The notes: generated from the letters alone by a model not told the origin. A stretch of DNA of 64,000 bases from Synechococcales cyanobacterium VAR_4_metabat_354 (GCA_031414775.1 JANOQI010000033.1:1-64000); one strand, 5' to 3'; shown: positions 30,165 to 42,451, counted from the stretch's first letter. Made by a program: numbers and translations.

Positions 30165-30628
30165 GTTTTTCCGAAAAACTCTCTCATCATCATATCTGAG
30201 TCTTGCGACTCATCGTCTGGATATTGTCGGCGATTTGCCTAGCCTTCTGCGTATTAGTTCGTAATATGCTGCTCATTATCACCGTTACTAATGTCTCAGT
30301 GGTTGCACCATATGTTTTAAATCATTGCAATTATCTGACCCGATCACTCATTAACTACCACCAAAATAACCACTCAACTATATCAGCCGTAATTCATGAC
30401 AGAAGTCATTTTGGCGGCAATAACAGCAGCTGAAATTAGTATTGAAGTGATTAATGGTAGTAGCTAATCTTTTTGCTTAGAGAAAATTTATTGCTGTTGA
30501 TAGTATTTTAAATGAAGATTATTTTCACATAGCTATTATTTTTCGTTAGAATATGTTTAATTTTCAACAAAACCATTTATACTTAGCGCTATAACTATTA
30601 CCATAAAATTCGTCATCAATAAAAAAAC

Positions 30629-31600
30629 ATGGCAGTCAAACAATCAATGAAAACTCGCACAATTACACAAAAGACCACTGCTACTGGCAAAAAAAGCGTA
30701 GCTACTAAGGCAACTGAAGCCGCCAAGACTCCTGCTGTGAAAGCCGCTAAAGCTCCTACTACTCGCAAAGCCAAAGCTCCGGCAGCGAAAGCCGCTAAAG
30801 TTCCTACTACTCGCAAAGCTCAAGCTCCTGCTGCCAAAGCTGGCCGAATTGCTAAAACCCCTCGGGCTAAAGCTGTCAGCAACAGTCCATCAGCACTGAA
30901 TAGTAATCAAGGGCAAGATTTGCTGCAACAAGCTATTCAAACTCAAGCCTGGATGACCAATGAAATTACTCAGCTGCGTCAGCAATTGGCTAAAGCCAAT
31001 CAATTGCAACCATCGTCTCAGCAAAATTCGGAAATCGAACGACTCCAGCAAGAAAATGCTGAACTTCGGGAAAAAGCCGATCGTCTTGATCAAATGACTT
31101 CTTTACTGCAAGGCCAGCCTGCTACTGCCCGAGCGACCAAGGCTGTCAAGAAAACTGTTCAAAAGACTAGCCAGAAGGTCTCTACTCCTACTCCCACTCC
31201 CCGAAAAGCAAAAGCACCGAAAGCAGTTCCAGTTGCCAAAGTCTCTGCTAAGTCTATCAGCCCCGCGCCAGCCGCACGTAAAGCCAGAAGTGGTGGCGCT
31301 TCGATTCTCCAAGATGCCGCCGCTAAGGATGTGAATCGTACTTATAAGAGTTGTTGGCCAATTGTTTTCAAAATTGAAGAATGGAATCAAAAGCATCCCG
31401 GTCAATTGGCTAAAGTTAGTCAAACTATGCTCAATAAATCTGGGGTGAATTTCAGTAGAGCCAAGGGTTTCATGGACAACTATGGTGATTTGGTGGAATC
31501 CTACCATCAGCAAATTGGTTTGAGTAAGGCTAATAGCGGGAAATTCAATGAAGTTTATGAGTTTATCCGATCGGCATTGGGTAAAGGGAAGAAAGCTTAG
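30629..31600 (+). CDS. Lys/Ala/Pro/Thr-rich histone-H1-like protein with coiled coil and small globular C-terminal domain
   Basis: KAAKAPTTRKAKAPAA repeats, Q-rich coiled coil, basic C-terminal helical domain; 323-codon ORF. Confidence 0.7.
   Translation: MAVKQSMKTRTITQKTTATGKKSVATKATEAAKTPAVKAAKAPTTRKAKAPAAKAAKVPTTRKAQAPAAKAGRIAKTPRAKAVSNSPSALNSNQGQDLLQQAIQTQAWMTNEITQLRQQLAKANQLQPSSQQNSEIERLQQENAELREKADRLDQMTSLLQGQPATARATKAVKKTVQKTSQKVSTPTPTPRKAKAPKAVPVAKVSAKSISPAPAARKARSGGASILQDAAAKDVNRTYKSCWPIVFKIEEWNQKHPGQLAKVSQTMLNKSGVNFSRAKGFMDNYGDLVESYHQQIGLSKANSGKFNEVYEFIRSALGKGKKA
30740..30835 (+). repeat. 48-bp tandem repeat, two copies (16 aa)
   Basis: aaagccgctaaagYtcctactactcgcaaagc... begins at 30740 and 30788. 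Confidence 0.85.
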
Positions 31601-31646
31601 GACTTTTGTCGCCATTACCATCTTTCGGGTCTGGCTATGAATGATA

Positions 31647-31676
31647 AGATGTTCGCCAGCTAGCTGGCGAGCATCT
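31647..31676. terminator. Hairpin between convergent genes
   Basis: agatgttcgccagc-ta-gctggcgagcatct. Confidence 0.65.
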
Positions 31677-31699
31677 CGATTATTAGTTGTTTTATTTTG

Positions 31700-33082
31700 C
31701 TAGTTTGGGAAGTTTTCCCGAACAACGGCAACGAGCTGAGCAGTCCAGTAGTCTACTAGTTCTTGGTCAGCTGCTTCCACCATGACCCGAATCAGTGGCT
31801 CCGTACCAGAAGCCCGCACTAAGATCCGGCCATGCTCACCCATTGCTAATTCGGCTTGGGCAATCGCCGTTTGTAGAGGAGCACAGTTTTTCCAATTAAC
31901 CCGTTGTTCGCGGTTCTCAACTCGGACATTTTGTAAAATCTGGGGATAGGTACGGAAGCTATCATCTACTAGCTGTGCTAACGATCGCCCAGACTGCTGG
32001 ACAATTGCGGCTATATGCACTGACGTTAAAACGCCATCGCCACTAATACTATGTTGGGGCGACAAAATATGACCAGACTGTTCTCCACCCATGCGGGCAC
32101 CACTGCGATCCATTTCGGCTTGGACATATTGATCACCCACATCAGTGCGGACTAGTTGACCACCCAGTTTTTGCCAAGCCCGCTCAAAGCCTAAATTGGA
32201 CATTACTGTCGTGATGATTTGGTTCTGGGGCAACTGATTTTTGGATTTAAGATGTTGACCCCACAGATACATAATGTAATCGCCATCAATCCGTCGCCCT
32301 TGATTATCGACGGCGAGCATCCGGTCAGCATCGCCATCGAAAGCAAAACCGATCTGAGCCTGATGCTTCACGACCTGAGCTTGCAGTGCTTCCATATGGG
32401 TAGAACCACAACCCACATTGATCCGATCGCCATCGGCTTCATTGTGGAGGGCAATGACTTCGGCACCCAGTGCCGTAAAAATAGGCATCCCAGTTTGGAC
32501 GGCAGCGCCATAGGCCAAGTCCAAGACAATCTTCATCCCAGTCAAACTAGCACCATCGCCTAATGAGTCCACTACGGCTTGGACATATTGCTGCACTAAC
32601 TCTGGCATAAAATAGTGCTTGCCCCACTGTGCCGGTAGCTCGGGGCGAAGCTGTTGACCACGCAAGCCAGCTTCAATTCGAGCTTGCAAGTCTTTCGATA
32701 ACTTTTTGCCGTTATTGCTAAAGAATTTGATGCCGTTATCGGCGGGGGGATTGTGGCTAGCTGAAATCATGATGCCTCCGATTGCATCACTAGTAGCCGT
32801 TAGATGGGCAACGCCAGGAGTCGGACAGAGTCCTAAATTCCACACTTCTACTCCCGCTGCTGTGATCCCAGCAGCCAAGGCACTAGCCAACATATCGCTA
32901 GAATTTCGGGAATCTTGACCAAGAATAATCGGAGCTGGATCGTCCTGTTGATCGGTTAAAATCACGGCGGCCCAGTAGCCAATCTGGAGGGCTAAATCAG
33001 CAGTCAATAGTTCGCCGACTTTGCTGCGAATGCCGTCAGTGCCAAAGAGAGGAGTAGTAGGCAGGTTACTAGGGTAGGTCAT
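31700..33082 (-). CDS. glmM: Phosphoglucosamine mutase
   Basis: [44 protein letters not shown]. Confidence 0.97.
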   Translation of the reverse strand: MTYPSNLPTTPLFGTDGIRSKVGELLTADLALQIGYWAAVILTDQQDDPAPIILGQDSRNSSDMLASALAAGITAAGVEVWNLGLCPTPGVAHLTATSDAIGGIMISASHNPPADNGIKFFSNNGKKLSKDLQARIEAGLRGQQLRPELPAQWGKHYFMPELVQQYVQAVVDSLGDGASLTGMKIVLDLAYGAAVQTGMPIFTALGAEVIALHNEADGDRINVGCGSTHMEALQAQVVKHQAQIGFAFDGDADRMLAVDNQGRRIDGDYIMYLWGQHLKSKNQLPQNQIITTVMSNLGFERAWQKLGGQLVRTDVGDQYVQAEMDRSGARMGGEQSGHILSPQHSISGDGVLTSVHIAAIVQQSGRSLAQLVDDSFRTYPQILQNVRVENREQRVNWKNCAPLQTAIAQAELAMGEHGRILVRASGTEPLIRVMVEAADQELVDYWTAQLVAVVRENFPN

Positions 33083-33153
33083 GGTGTTGCAATGAATTCG
33101 ATCAGGAGAATAACATATCCAACTGACACATTATCTAATGCGATAGCTCATAA

Positions 33154-33720
33154 CTGGAGTTTAGACTAAGCGAGTCCACAGAAAAACACTTCAGACAGAA
33201 TCTAATTCAGCTGAATGGAAACATTGAGTAATAGAAAGTACTAATAGGTTCAAGCCTTTCGACTAGAATTAGGTTGAGGGGAATCCCCGCAGCTCCATAA
33301 AATATAATCCTGTCCACATTCTTACTCGGACTTGAACACAAATCAGATCTGATAATTCTAGCGAGAACTCTGGTTCAGCCCAAGTCAGGGGGTCTGCAAT
33401 CTTAAACTTTTTACCATGTTTGGGCGGACGAACCCGACCACTATAAATAGGTGGAACACCATACAGGCAAGTATTTGTACAAATTCGCATTATACATTCT
33501 GCTGGAAGCTTTGCTATAGCTAATACCCATTTGGCATTTCCATATTCTCGGTCAAGAAGTACTAGCACCTTTTCTTGACAATGCTTGAGGACTTATTTTA
33601 GTTGCCAACTTTACCAATCGGAGACTCCCTGCTGGTAATTCTTTTATGTCTTAGTGGCAATGCCCAACAGCTCTCTCCATCTGGTAACCAAGCGATAGTA
33701 CTATACCCGTGGCCCATCAC
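33154..33720 (-). pseudogene. Degraded DDE transposase / IS remnant (cyanobacterial IS4/IS701-like)
   Basis: Minus strand from 33719 reads VMGHGYSTIAWLPDGESCWALPLRHKRITSRESPIGK then a stop. A shifted frame gives LLDREYGNA..YSGR.RPPKHGKKFK. ctggagtttagacta at 33154 may be a terminal repeat (tentative). Confidence 0.75.
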
Positions 33721-33753
33721 TATAATTATCTATCTACACATGAACACTATTGG

Positions 33754-35664
33754 CTAAATAACTGCTTTTTGCTGACGCTGTTGGAGTTCTAGCCAAACTA
33801 ACAAAGCATTAATATCAGATGGATTCACCCCACCAATCCGACCAGCTTGACCGATCGTTAGGGGCTTAAAGCTATTCAATTTTTCCCGGGCTTCTTTGGA
33901 GAGCGTGGGAATCAGACTGTAATCGACATCTGGACTTAGTTTGCGGTTTACCTGCTTACTAATTTGATCAATTTGGTTTTGCTGGCGTTGCAAATAGCCC
34001 GCATATTTAATATCAATTTCCACTGCTTCTTTTTCTACCAAAGTCAGCTGAGCGTCACCAGCTAGGCCAAATTTAGCTAGGTCACTATAGTGAAAATCTG
34101 GGCGACGCAACAGGTCAACCAACGTAATGGAACCACCCTTAATTACTTGCTTGGCAATCTCCATAATGGCTTTACCCGCAGGCTCGTGAGCCTTTACCCG
34201 CGTGCTGTGCAGCCGTTCTTTTTCGGCAATGATTTGGTTTTGCTTATTGGTATAAATTTGCCAACGGCGATCGTCAATTAAACCCATCTCCCGGCCAGTG
34301 GGTGTTAAGCGTTGGTCAGCATTGTCCGATCGCAATACCAACCGATACTCCGATCGACTAGTTAGCATTCGGTAAGGTTCACGCAGATCCTTGGTGCAGA
34401 GATCATCAATTAGTGTACCCAGATAACTTCCTTCACGGGGCAAAATCATAGGGGCTTGACCATGCACGAGCCGAGCAGCATTGATACCAGCGACAATCCC
34501 TTGGCCAGCAGCTTCTTCATAACCTGTCGTGCCATTGATCTGGCCAGCGCAAAACAAACCCGGAATTTTTTTGGTCATCATGGTGGGATAACACTGAGTA
34601 GCGGGTAGATAGTCGTAATCTACGGCGTAGGCGGGTCGGAGCATTACACATTTTTCCAAACCCGGCAGGGTGCGCAGCATTTGCACTTGCAGGTTTTCCG
34701 GCAGGCCAGTAGAAAAACCCTGGATATAGAGTTCCGGAATATCCCGGCCTTCTGGTTCGATAAAGATTTGATGACTTTCCTTGTCGGCAAAGCGCACGAT
34801 TTTGTCTTCGATGCTTGGACAGTAGCGCGGTCCTTTAGAATCTACCCAACCACCGTAAACTGGCGATAGATGCAGGTTGTCGCGAATAATTTGATGAGTG
34901 GCGACGGTGGTACGGGTTAAATAACAGGGCATTTGCTCCCGCTCTTGCCAACAATTTGGATCAAAGCTAAACCAGCGCACTTCGTCGTCACCGGGTTGCG
35001 GTTCCATCTGGCTGTAGTCTACCGATCGTTTATCGACCCGTGCCGGAGTACCAGTTTTTAGGCGACCAGTTTCAAAACCCAGTCTTTGCAGGGTTTCGGT
35101 CAAGCCCGTAGCCGCGAATTCCCCGGCCCGGCCAGCGGCCATCGACTTATTGCCAACCCAGATGGTGCCGCCTAAAAAGGTGCCCGTGGTCAAGATCACC
35201 GCTTTACAGCCAAAGGCTACCCCAAAGTAGGTTTCGACTCCGATTACTTCGCCACTTTTGCCCAAGACCAAATCGGTCACCATACTTTCGCGAATGGAGA
35301 GGTTGGGCTGATTTTCGACAATATTTTTCATGACAGCAGCGTATTCTCGCTTGTCTGTTTGGGCGCGGAGTGCCCAGACGGCTGGCCCCCGTGAAGCATT
35401 CAGGACTCTTTTTTGCAGATAAGTACGATCGGTAACTTTGCCGATTTCGCCGCCTAATGCATCAATTTCGTGGGTCAGCTGGGATTTTGCCGGACCACCG
35501 ACGGCGGGGTTACAGGGCTGCCAAGCAATTTTGTCTAGGTTGAGGGTGAGTAGTATCGTTTTACAGCCCAGCCGTGCCGCTGCCAGAGCCGCTTCACAGC
35601 CCGCATGGCCAGCTCCGACCACTACTACTTCAAATTCATCTTGAAACTCTACGGGGTTTGGCAT
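33754..35664 (-). CDS. mnmG: tRNA uridine-5-carboxymethylaminomethyl(34) synthesis enzyme MnmG
   Basis: [50 protein letters not shown]. Start adjusted to ATG 35664. Confidence 0.98.
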   Translation of the reverse strand: MPNPVEFQDEFEVVVVGAGHAGCEAALAAARLGCKTILLTLNLDKIAWQPCNPAVGGPAKSQLTHEIDALGGEIGKVTDRTYLQKRVLNASRGPAVWALRAQTDKREYAAVMKNIVENQPNLSIRESMVTDLVLGKSGEVIGVETYFGVAFGCKAVILTTGTFLGGTIWVGNKSMAAGRAGEFAATGLTETLQRLGFETGRLKTGTPARVDKRSVDYSQMEPQPGDDEVRWFSFDPNCWQEREQMPCYLTRTTVATHQIIRDNLHLSPVYGGWVDSKGPRYCPSIEDKIVRFADKESHQIFIEPEGRDIPELYIQGFSTGLPENLQVQMLRTLPGLEKCVMLRPAYAVDYDYLPATQCYPTMMTKKIPGLFCAGQINGTTGYEEAAGQGIVAGINAARLVHGQAPMILPREGSYLGTLIDDLCTKDLREPYRMLTSRSEYRLVLRSDNADQRLTPTGREMGLIDDRRWQIYTNKQNQIIAEKERLHSTRVKAHEPAGKAIMEIAKQVIKGGSITLVDLLRRPDFHYSDLAKFGLAGDAQLTLVEKEAVEIDIKYAGYLQRQQNQIDQISKQVNRKLSPDVDYSLIPTLSKEAREKLNSFKPLTIGQAGRIGGVNPSDINALLVWLELQQRQQKAVI

Positions 35665-35768
35665 GACGGGAAAATTAAAAACTGGTCGCTCTTCTCTATG
35701 ATAGTGCTGGTTTGAAGAATGCTCCATCGCTTCGTATAATGAAGCGACTCAATAATTAGCCATCTGCC

Positions 35769-36857
35769 ATGAGCGAACTTCAGCGCACTCCACTCTACCA
35801 ACAGTCGATCGATCTCCATGCCCGGATGACTGGTTTCGCTGGCTGGGAAATGCCCGTACAGTTCAGTGGTCTGACTGCCGAGCACCAAGCTGTCCGGAAC
35901 GCGGCTGGGATGTTTGATATTTCTCACATGGGTAAATTTGTCTTTCAAGGTGTTACGGCGCTGGCTCAACTTCAGCCGCTGGTGCCCTCCGACTTGAGCC
36001 GCTTAACAGTGGGACAGGCTCAATACACCGTATTGTTAAATCCCCAAGGTGGGGTAATCGATGACATTATTGTTTACCTAGAAGCCGATGGACAAGTAGT
36101 CTTAATTGTGAATGCGTCTACTAGAGAGCAAGATTGGCAGTGGCTGACCAGTCATTTGGATCAAAACCAAGTACAGTGCCAAGATTTGTCAGCGGACTTG
36201 GCTTTAATCGCTGTTCAAGGTCCGGAATCGATCTCTAAATTACAGCCCTTGCTCAATCAAAGCATTACCAACCTTCCCAACTTTGGTCACTGTCGGGCAG
36301 AGGTGTTGGGTCATCCGGCTTTTATCGCTCGCACTGGTTACACTGGCGAAGATGGTGTCGAAATCATGTTGGAACCAGCGGCGGCGATTGAACTGTGGCA
36401 AAAGCTACTGTCTTTAGGCGTATTACCTTGCGGCCTGGGTGCTAGAGACACCCTAAGATTAGAAGCAGCCATGTGCTTATATGGTCAAGAACTTAGCCCT
36501 AGTATTACTCCCCTAGAAGCTGGTTTAGGCTGGTTAGTTCATTTAAACAAAGGCGAATTCATCGGTAGTGATGTGCTCAACCAACAAAAAGCCGCTGGGT
36601 TAGAGCTGCGGTTAGTGGGTTTAGAGTTAACTGGGCGCAATATTGCCCGCCACGACTATTCGATCGCTTATCAAGGTCAAGCCGTGGGATTAATCACCAG
36701 TGGCACCCTGTCGCCAACTCTAAACAAGCCGATTGCCTTAGGCTATGTCCCCAATCACCTCAGTAAGTTAGGCCAGAAACTGGAAGTTGAGATTAGAGGC
36801 AAGTATTACCCGGCTACGGTCGTGAAAAAGCCCTTCTATAAAGCTAGCTATCGTTAG
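35769..36857 (+). CDS. gcvT: Glycine cleavage system aminomethyltransferase T
   Basis: FAGWEMPVQF, GMFDISHMG, RTGYTGEDG, GLGARDTLRLEA. Confidence 0.98.
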   Translation: MSELQRTPLYQQSIDLHARMTGFAGWEMPVQFSGLTAEHQAVRNAAGMFDISHMGKFVFQGVTALAQLQPLVPSDLSRLTVGQAQYTVLLNPQGGVIDDIIVYLEADGQVVLIVNASTREQDWQWLTSHLDQNQVQCQDLSADLALIAVQGPESISKLQPLLNQSITNLPNFGHCRAEVLGHPAFIARTGYTGEDGVEIMLEPAAAIELWQKLLSLGVLPCGLGARDTLRLEAAMCLYGQELSPSITPLEAGLGWLVHLNKGEFIGSDVLNQQKAAGLELRLVGLELTGRNIARHDYSIAYQGQAVGLITSGTLSPTLNKPIALGYVPNHLSKLGQKLEVEIRGKYYPATVVKKPFYKASYR

Positions 36858-36870
36858 TTTTAAATACTCC

Positions 36871-38823
36871 CTATTGCACAATCTCATCGGTTTGCTGTTT
36901 TTTGCCATTGAAGTTCGGGCGCTTGAACTTGCTGGCCGGTTGGAAGTTTTCGACAGGGGTGTTTTCTAGGGCAGCATTCATAAACCGCCGCCAGATTGGT
37001 GCGGCATAGGTACCACCAGTAACCCCTTTGCCTAGCGGCGTATTGTTATCTTTACCAATCCAAACCGCTGCGGCTAGCTGAGGAACATACCCGACAAACC
37101 ACACATCCCTTTCTGAAGAAGTTGTACCCGTTTTACCAGCCGCTGGGCGACCGATCGCCGCGTTTTTACCAGTACCACCGCTACCATAAATAACTGACTC
37201 TAGGGCATTAGTAATTTGCGCCGAAGCCCAAGGATCTAAGACCAGCTTGCGGTTTTCCTTGTCTGGTGAATTATCTAGTAGCACACTTCCTTCACTGTCC
37301 GTAACCCTCACCACACTGGTGGTGGGAGACTGCCAACCATTACTGGCAAAGGTGGCAAAAGCACCAGCCATTTCCATTGGAGAAACTCCGATCGCTCCTA
37401 ATGGTAGCGAAACGACTGGATCCATCGGACTCTTAATACCTAGTGTGCGGCAGGTGTCAATTACTTTATCCAGACCCACTGTCTTACCCATCTTTACAGC
37501 CGGGACGTTGGCCGAAAATTTCAGGGCAGTGCGGATACTAATGGGACCAGAATAACTTCTACCATAGTTTACTGGTGAATAATAACCAGCCCCATCTTTG
37601 TAGCGAACGGGAGTATCATAAACGGTCGATTCTGGGGTGTAGCGACCGGTGGCAAACGCGGTGTAATAGACCAATGGCTTAAAGGAAGAACCCGGTTGCC
37701 GCTTGGCTTCCATCGCTCGGTTAAAATTACTTTTGTTGTAGTCAATGCCCCCAACGATCGCTTTGATGTAATGGGTACGGGGATCGATCGCGGCTAAGCC
37801 AATTTGGTAATCTTTGCCATAGTTGCGCGAGGCATTAGCTACAATTTCTTCGGCTGCCTGCTGAAACTTGTAATCTACGGTAGTTTGGATTCGCATGCCG
37901 CCCTTACGGACAGTTTCACGACCAAACTTCTGATTCAATTCTTCGATTACCGTATCGGTGACATAAGGTAGCCGACTGCGCTGCCAAGTTTTAATTTTGC
38001 CGATTTTAATTTTGTAGTCTTTGGCAGCTTGTGTTTCAGCCGGGGTAATCCAGCCTAAGGTACGCATCCGGTTTAAAACCTCGGTTTGCCGCTCCTTCGC
38101 TTTCTCCATACTTTTAAAAGGACTCCAACGCTCCGGTGACTGAATTAGCCCCGCCATCATGGCGCCTTCAGCCAGATTTAAATCTGCTGCTTTTTTACCA
38201 AAATAGCTTTGAGCTGCTGTTTCTACACCGTAATTATTGTGTCCCCAATAGACCTGATTCAAATACATTTCCAAAATCTGGTCTTTGCGAAAGATTTGCT
38301 CCAAGCGAATGGAGAGAACCGATTCAGCTAGCTTACGAGTGAATTCTTTTTTCTGGGATAGAAATAAATTCTTGATTAGCTGCATGGTGATCGTAGAACC
38401 ACCTTCTGCTTCTCGACCCTTGCTAAGGTTGGCTACCAAAGCCCGACCAACACCGCTGGGGTTGATGCCGTTGTGATAGTAGAAATTACTATCTTCGATC
38501 GCTAGCAATGCTCGCTTCAAGTGGGGCGAAATCTGATTGAGGGTAACAACTTCTCGATTGGCCTCACCGTGGAGACTAGCCAAGGGGACACCCTTCACGT
38601 CGGTGATGTAGGTGGTCTCGGTGGGAGCATAACTGCGCAGAATTCTGACATCTGGCAGGTTGCGAAAACTGAGTGCCAATCCAACTAAGCTACCAGCTAG
38701 CACCGCACTAGCTAACATCGTCACGCCCAGTATGGTGCCACCAGCGTTCTTTAAAACACCAGTAGCAAAGTTACTAGCGGGGTGTTTGATGGATTGTTGT
38801 TCGTTAATGGCTCTAGAAGACAC
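36871..38823 (-). CDS. Class A penicillin-binding protein (PBP1A family)
   Basis: AIEDSNFY.H.G and GGSTITMQL (transglycosylase); PGSSFKP, S.N, GKTGTT (transpeptidase). Confidence 0.95.
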   Translation of the reverse strand: MSSRAINEQQSIKHPASNFATGVLKNAGGTILGVTMLASAVLAGSLVGLALSFRNLPDVRILRSYAPTETTYITDVKGVPLASLHGEANREVVTLNQISPHLKRALLAIEDSNFYYHNGINPSGVGRALVANLSKGREAEGGSTITMQLIKNLFLSQKKEFTRKLAESVLSIRLEQIFRKDQILEMYLNQVYWGHNNYGVETAAQSYFGKKAADLNLAEGAMMAGLIQSPERWSPFKSMEKAKERQTEVLNRMRTLGWITPAETQAAKDYKIKIGKIKTWQRSRLPYVTDTVIEELNQKFGRETVRKGGMRIQTTVDYKFQQAAEEIVANASRNYGKDYQIGLAAIDPRTHYIKAIVGGIDYNKSNFNRAMEAKRQPGSSFKPLVYYTAFATGRYTPESTVYDTPVRYKDGAGYYSPVNYGRSYSGPISIRTALKFSANVPAVKMGKTVGLDKVIDTCRTLGIKSPMDPVVSLPLGAIGVSPMEMAGAFATFASNGWQSPTTSVVRVTDSEGSVLLDNSPDKENRKLVLDPWASAQITNALESVIYGSGGTGKNAAIGRPAAGKTGTTSSERDVWFVGYVPQLAAAVWIGKDNNTPLGKGVTGGTYAAPIWRRFMNAALENTPVENFQPASKFKRPNFNGKKQQTDEIVQ

Positions 38824-39029
38824 TCTGTTTTTTCTCTAAAGATATAAATAAGTTGGAGATATAAACCACGATCACCGATGGTGATCGATCTCAGTTGAGA
38901 AGTTTAGTCATAATTGATTGGCTAAATCCTCGATATTGTTTATTATACTTGTCCTGCGGAGTTTGATTGCTTCCGAGTTGGCTGAAGTTTGATATTTAAG
39001 TATTTGTGGCTATTTGTATGATTTTAAGT

Positions 39030-40235
39030 ATGTCTGATGCTCGCCAGCCGGAATGGTTATGGCGGGGGACTAATGAGATTTTCCCCGATCAGGGCAACAC
39101 CCCTCAAGATAATTTAAGTGTCAAGATAGGTCAGCTTAACAGACCATTGCGGGTTAAGTTGGGGATCGACCCCACCGGCACGGATCTGCACCTTGGTCAT
39201 AGTATTCCCATGCGTAAGCTCCGATCTTTTCAGGATGCTGGACATACTGCAGTACTGATCATTGGTGATTTTACCGCCCGCATTGGTGACCCCACTGGTA
39301 AGTCGGAAGTACGTAAACAATTGACCGATCAACAGGTGCAAGACAATGCGGCTACTTACTTAGAGCAACTGAAGCCAGTTCTAGATTTTGACACGCCGAG
39401 CCGCTTAGAGATTCATTACAACTCGGCTTGGTTGTCCCAGCTGGATCTGGGTAAAATTGTCGATTTGCTCTCGACGATGACCGTGGGGCAAATGCTGGCC
39501 AAAGAAGGATTTGCCCTCCGCTACGACCAAGAGAGTCCGATTTTTCTCCATGAGTTTCTCTATCCTTTGATGCAAGGCTACGACTCTTTTGCCATCCAAG
39601 CTGATGTGGAAATTGGCGGTACTGATCAAAAGTTTAATTTGGCAGTGGGGCGCGATTTACAACGGTATTTTGGCCAAGCTCCGCAATTTGGCCTATTGAT
39701 GCCGATTTTGTTGGGGACGGATGGGGTGCAAAAGATGTCCAAGTCTTTGGATAATTATGTGGGCTTGCGGGAGGATGCCCTGAGTATGTATGCCAAGCTG
39801 GAAAAAACACCGGACAGTATTATTAAAGATTACTTTGAGTTGCTGACGGCGGTGCCTTTAGATCAAATTCCGGCTAATCCACGTGAGGCTCAAAAGTTGT
39901 TAGCCATGACAGTGGTGACTGGGTTTCATGGCCAAGCGGCTGCTGAAAATGCCCAACGAGATTCGATCGCCTTGGTGGGTGGTCAACCGACAGCGGGAGA
40001 AAGTATTCCCGAATTCGCCCTAGATACATTGAGTTTTCCGGTGCGGATGTTTCAGGTTTTAGCAGCGGCTGGTCTTTGTTCCGGTAGTAATGATGCTAAA
40101 CGCCAAATGCAGGGCGGAGCGGTGAAATTAGATAGTAAGCCGCTTCAGGATATTGAGTTAGTGATAGAGGCTGTTGACGAGTTGCGTGGAAAAGTATTGC
40201 AAGTGGGCAAGAAGCGCTTCCGGCGGTTGGTTTAA
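39030..40235 (+). CDS. tyrS: Tyrosine--tRNA ligase
   Basis: [34 protein letters not shown]-terminal S4 domain. Confidence 0.98.
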   Translation: MSDARQPEWLWRGTNEIFPDQGNTPQDNLSVKIGQLNRPLRVKLGIDPTGTDLHLGHSIPMRKLRSFQDAGHTAVLIIGDFTARIGDPTGKSEVRKQLTDQQVQDNAATYLEQLKPVLDFDTPSRLEIHYNSAWLSQLDLGKIVDLLSTMTVGQMLAKEGFALRYDQESPIFLHEFLYPLMQGYDSFAIQADVEIGGTDQKFNLAVGRDLQRYFGQAPQFGLLMPILLGTDGVQKMSKSLDNYVGLREDALSMYAKLEKTPDSIIKDYFELLTAVPLDQIPANPREAQKLLAMTVVTGFHGQAAAENAQRDSIALVGGQPTAGESIPEFALDTLSFPVRMFQVLAAAGLCSGSNDAKRQMQGGAVKLDSKPLQDIELVIEAVDELRGKVLQVGKKRFRRLV

Positions 40236-41590
40236 GTGTTGGTTTCGTTATTATCTGTGGCATCCGCTGTTTGAGCAAAAGCCACTCGCAGAAATGGCGG
40301 TGCCAAGAAGGTCGTGACGATCACCATGATGATCATGGCTGCTGCTAGTGGTTTATCAATGATGCCACTAGCCGAGCCAATTCCAGCAAATACCAAACCA
40401 ACTTCACCACGCGGAATCATGCCTACTCCGATCGCCAACCTATTAATATCGGGTTGGCCGAATACGACCCAACCGGTGATTAGTTTACCGACTATGGCGA
40501 TCGAAATCAGAAACACCGCAATAATCAAACTCTGCCGATTACTGGCAACCATCGGATTTAATACGCTTAAATCGGCACGGGCACCGACAGTGACAAAAAA
40601 GATCGGGACAAATAAATCGGCGACAGGTTTAATCAGGGCATCTAACTCATTGCGAATATCAGTTTCATCGAGCACTAGCCCGGCGGCAAAGGCACCCAAG
40701 ATGGCCTCTAAGTGAATGGCATTACCCAAAAAGGCCATAAAAAAAGCAAAAGTGAAGGCCGGGACGATGATATTACCGCGAGTTTTTAGGTTCTCGACGA
40801 TAGTGATGAAAGTTTTGTTGAACAAACCACCCAGGAAGATCGCACCAATCAAAAAGGCGGTGGCACTAAATATTAAGTAGACGACGTTCGCAACGTCTAT
40901 TTCGCCAGTTTTAGCCAAGCTAGCGACCACGGCCAGTACGATAATGCCTAACACATCGTCAATAATGGCCGCGCCGACAATGATTTGGCCTTCTTTCGAT
41001 TTGAGCTGGCCGATTTCCGACAAAACTTTAGAGGTGATGCCAATGCTGGTGGCGGTGAGGGCGGCTCCGGCAAAAATTGCTGGAATAGCTGATATATGAA
41101 ATATCAACATCAATCCGGCGGTGCCAGCGGCAAAGGGCGCGACAACGCCGACACAGGCAACGACTATGGCCTGGAAGCCGACTTCTTTCAGCTGGCGCAG
41201 ATCGGATTCCAAGCCAATTTCAAAGAGCAAAATAATTACGCCTAACTCGGCTAATACCCCAATGATTTCGCTCTGGGAGGTAAATACGGCGGTGAGGGCA
41301 GCGGGGGTCATGGGGCTAATTTGTTGCAGAAACTGCATGATGACAGAATCGGCAGCGGTCAGGCCATTGCCTGGGAAGATGATCAGGTGAAGGGCGGAGA
41401 TGCCGACGAGTACGCCGGCGATCAGTTCGCCGAGAACGGGGGGCAGGTCAAAGTATTTGGTGGCTTCGGCTCCTAGTTTACTGGCTAGGTAGATGACGAC
41501 AAGGCTGAGGAGGACACTGTTTAGAATAATCGGGGCGTTGGCGGCACTGGTGGCTAAAAGTGGTGGGAAGAGCGAGGTGGTCAGATACAT
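40232..41590 (-). CDS. Na+/H+ antiporter (CPA2, NhaS3-like)
   Basis: [35 protein letters not shown]; many TM segments. Confidence 0.93.
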   Translation of the reverse strand: MYLTTSLFPPLLATSAANAPIILNSVLLSLVVIYLASKLGAEATKYFDLPPVLGELIAGVLVGISALHLIIFPGNGLTAADSVIMQFLQQISPMTPAALTAVFTSQSEIIGVLAELGVIILLFEIGLESDLRQLKEVGFQAIVVACVGVVAPFAAGTAGLMLIFHISAIPAIFAGAALTATSIGITSKVLSEIGQLKSKEGQIIVGAAIIDDVLGIIVLAVVASLAKTGEIDVANVVYLIFSATAFLIGAIFLGGLFNKTFITIVENLKTRGNIIVPAFTFAFFMAFLGNAIHLEAILGAFAAGLVLDETDIRNELDALIKPVADLFVPIFFVTVGARADLSVLNPMVASNRQSLIIAVFLISIAIVGKLITGWVVFGQPDINRLAIGVGMIPRGEVGLVFAGIGSASGIIDKPLAAAMIIMVIVTTFLAPPFLRVAFAQTADATDNNETNT

Positions 41591-41602
41591 AGGTGCAATA
41601 GG

Positions 41603-42118
41603 CTAAATTTTAATGCTTTGATACAGCTCTGCAACTGATTTCATTGGCAAGTATAGTTTCACCGGTTCCTGCTGAAATGCTTGAAAGCCATACTTGATAT
41701 AAAAACTCAATGCTTTTTCATCCAAAGCTTCGGCGATCACTGCTAGGGATGCGATGTGTTGTGATGTGTCCAAGGATTTTTTGAGAGCATCCAGCAAGAG
41801 TAATTCGCCTAATCGTTTGCCTTGCTGGCTATCATCAACAGCCAAACGACCTAATAGGGTAGCTGGCAATGACGGATAACGAGGCAACCGTTTGGCGAAG
41901 GATTCATCCAAAACTGCAGTGTCAACTGTGTAAAAAGAAAGCGTGTAGTAAGCCAATACATCGGTGTTAGGGTCGTCAGTCAAAACAAATACTGTGGCGA
42001 CTTTTTTTTTTAGATCTTGGGAAGCTTTTTCGCGAATGTAATTATCTAAGCTAGTTTGACCGCAGCTGAAGTTATCCCGGAGGTGTTTACTATCGAAGGG
42101 GTCAATTTTGAGAGCCAT
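41603..42118 (-). CDS. GNAT acetyltransferase toxin (AtaT/TacT-like)
   Basis: FSCG...LD.Y, PATLLGRLAVD..QGKRLG..LL.DA, FY.KYGF. Confidence 0.92.
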   Translation of the reverse strand: MALKIDPFDSKHLRDNFSCGQTSLDNYIREKASQDLKKKVATVFVLTDDPNTDVLAYYTLSFYTVDTAVLDESFAKRLPRYPSLPATLLGRLAVDDSQQGKRLGELLLLDALKKSLDTSQHIASLAVIAEALDEKALSFYIKYGFQAFQQEPVKLYLPMKSVAELYQSIKI

Positions 42119-42405
42119 TAGACTGGTATTTCCTGGTGGTAGCGCATGGCGGCTGACGTTAGTGCTGCATTGGGTGGGGGCGGGTTGAGAACTGCATCCA
42201 CAAAAGCTGTGCTATCTTCCATGCTCAGTTTGAGGGTTTGATGTTGTTCAATCACTTTGCAAGCTGCTGTTTGAACGCTGGCAATCACAAAATCGGTGAG
42301 GGTGCGTCCTTCTAAGTCGGCTGCTTTTTGGATGAGGGCTTTGGTTTCTGGGCTAATCCGAGCTTCTAGTCGTGCTGTTGTTTTGGTAAGAGTTTTAGCA
42401 GTCAT
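42118..42405 (-). CDS. DUF1778 RHH antitoxin
   Basis: ARLEARI...K.LI.KAA.LEGRTLTDF, F.DA..NPPPPN; 1-bp overlap with the GNAT gene. Confidence 0.92.
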   Translation of the reverse strand: MTAKTLTKTTARLEARISPETKALIQKAADLEGRTLTDFVIASVQTAACKVIEQHQTLKLSMEDSTAFVDAVLNPPPPNAALTSAAMRYHQEIPV

Positions 42406-42451
42406 GGTTTTAAATTTAAGCTGTGAGGTGAAGTTTTCAGCTTGATCGTAT

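Noticed and set aside
30203..30433. 76-aa ORF in the nagB upstream region
   Set aside because: TTG start, AT-rich intergenic composition and no motif.
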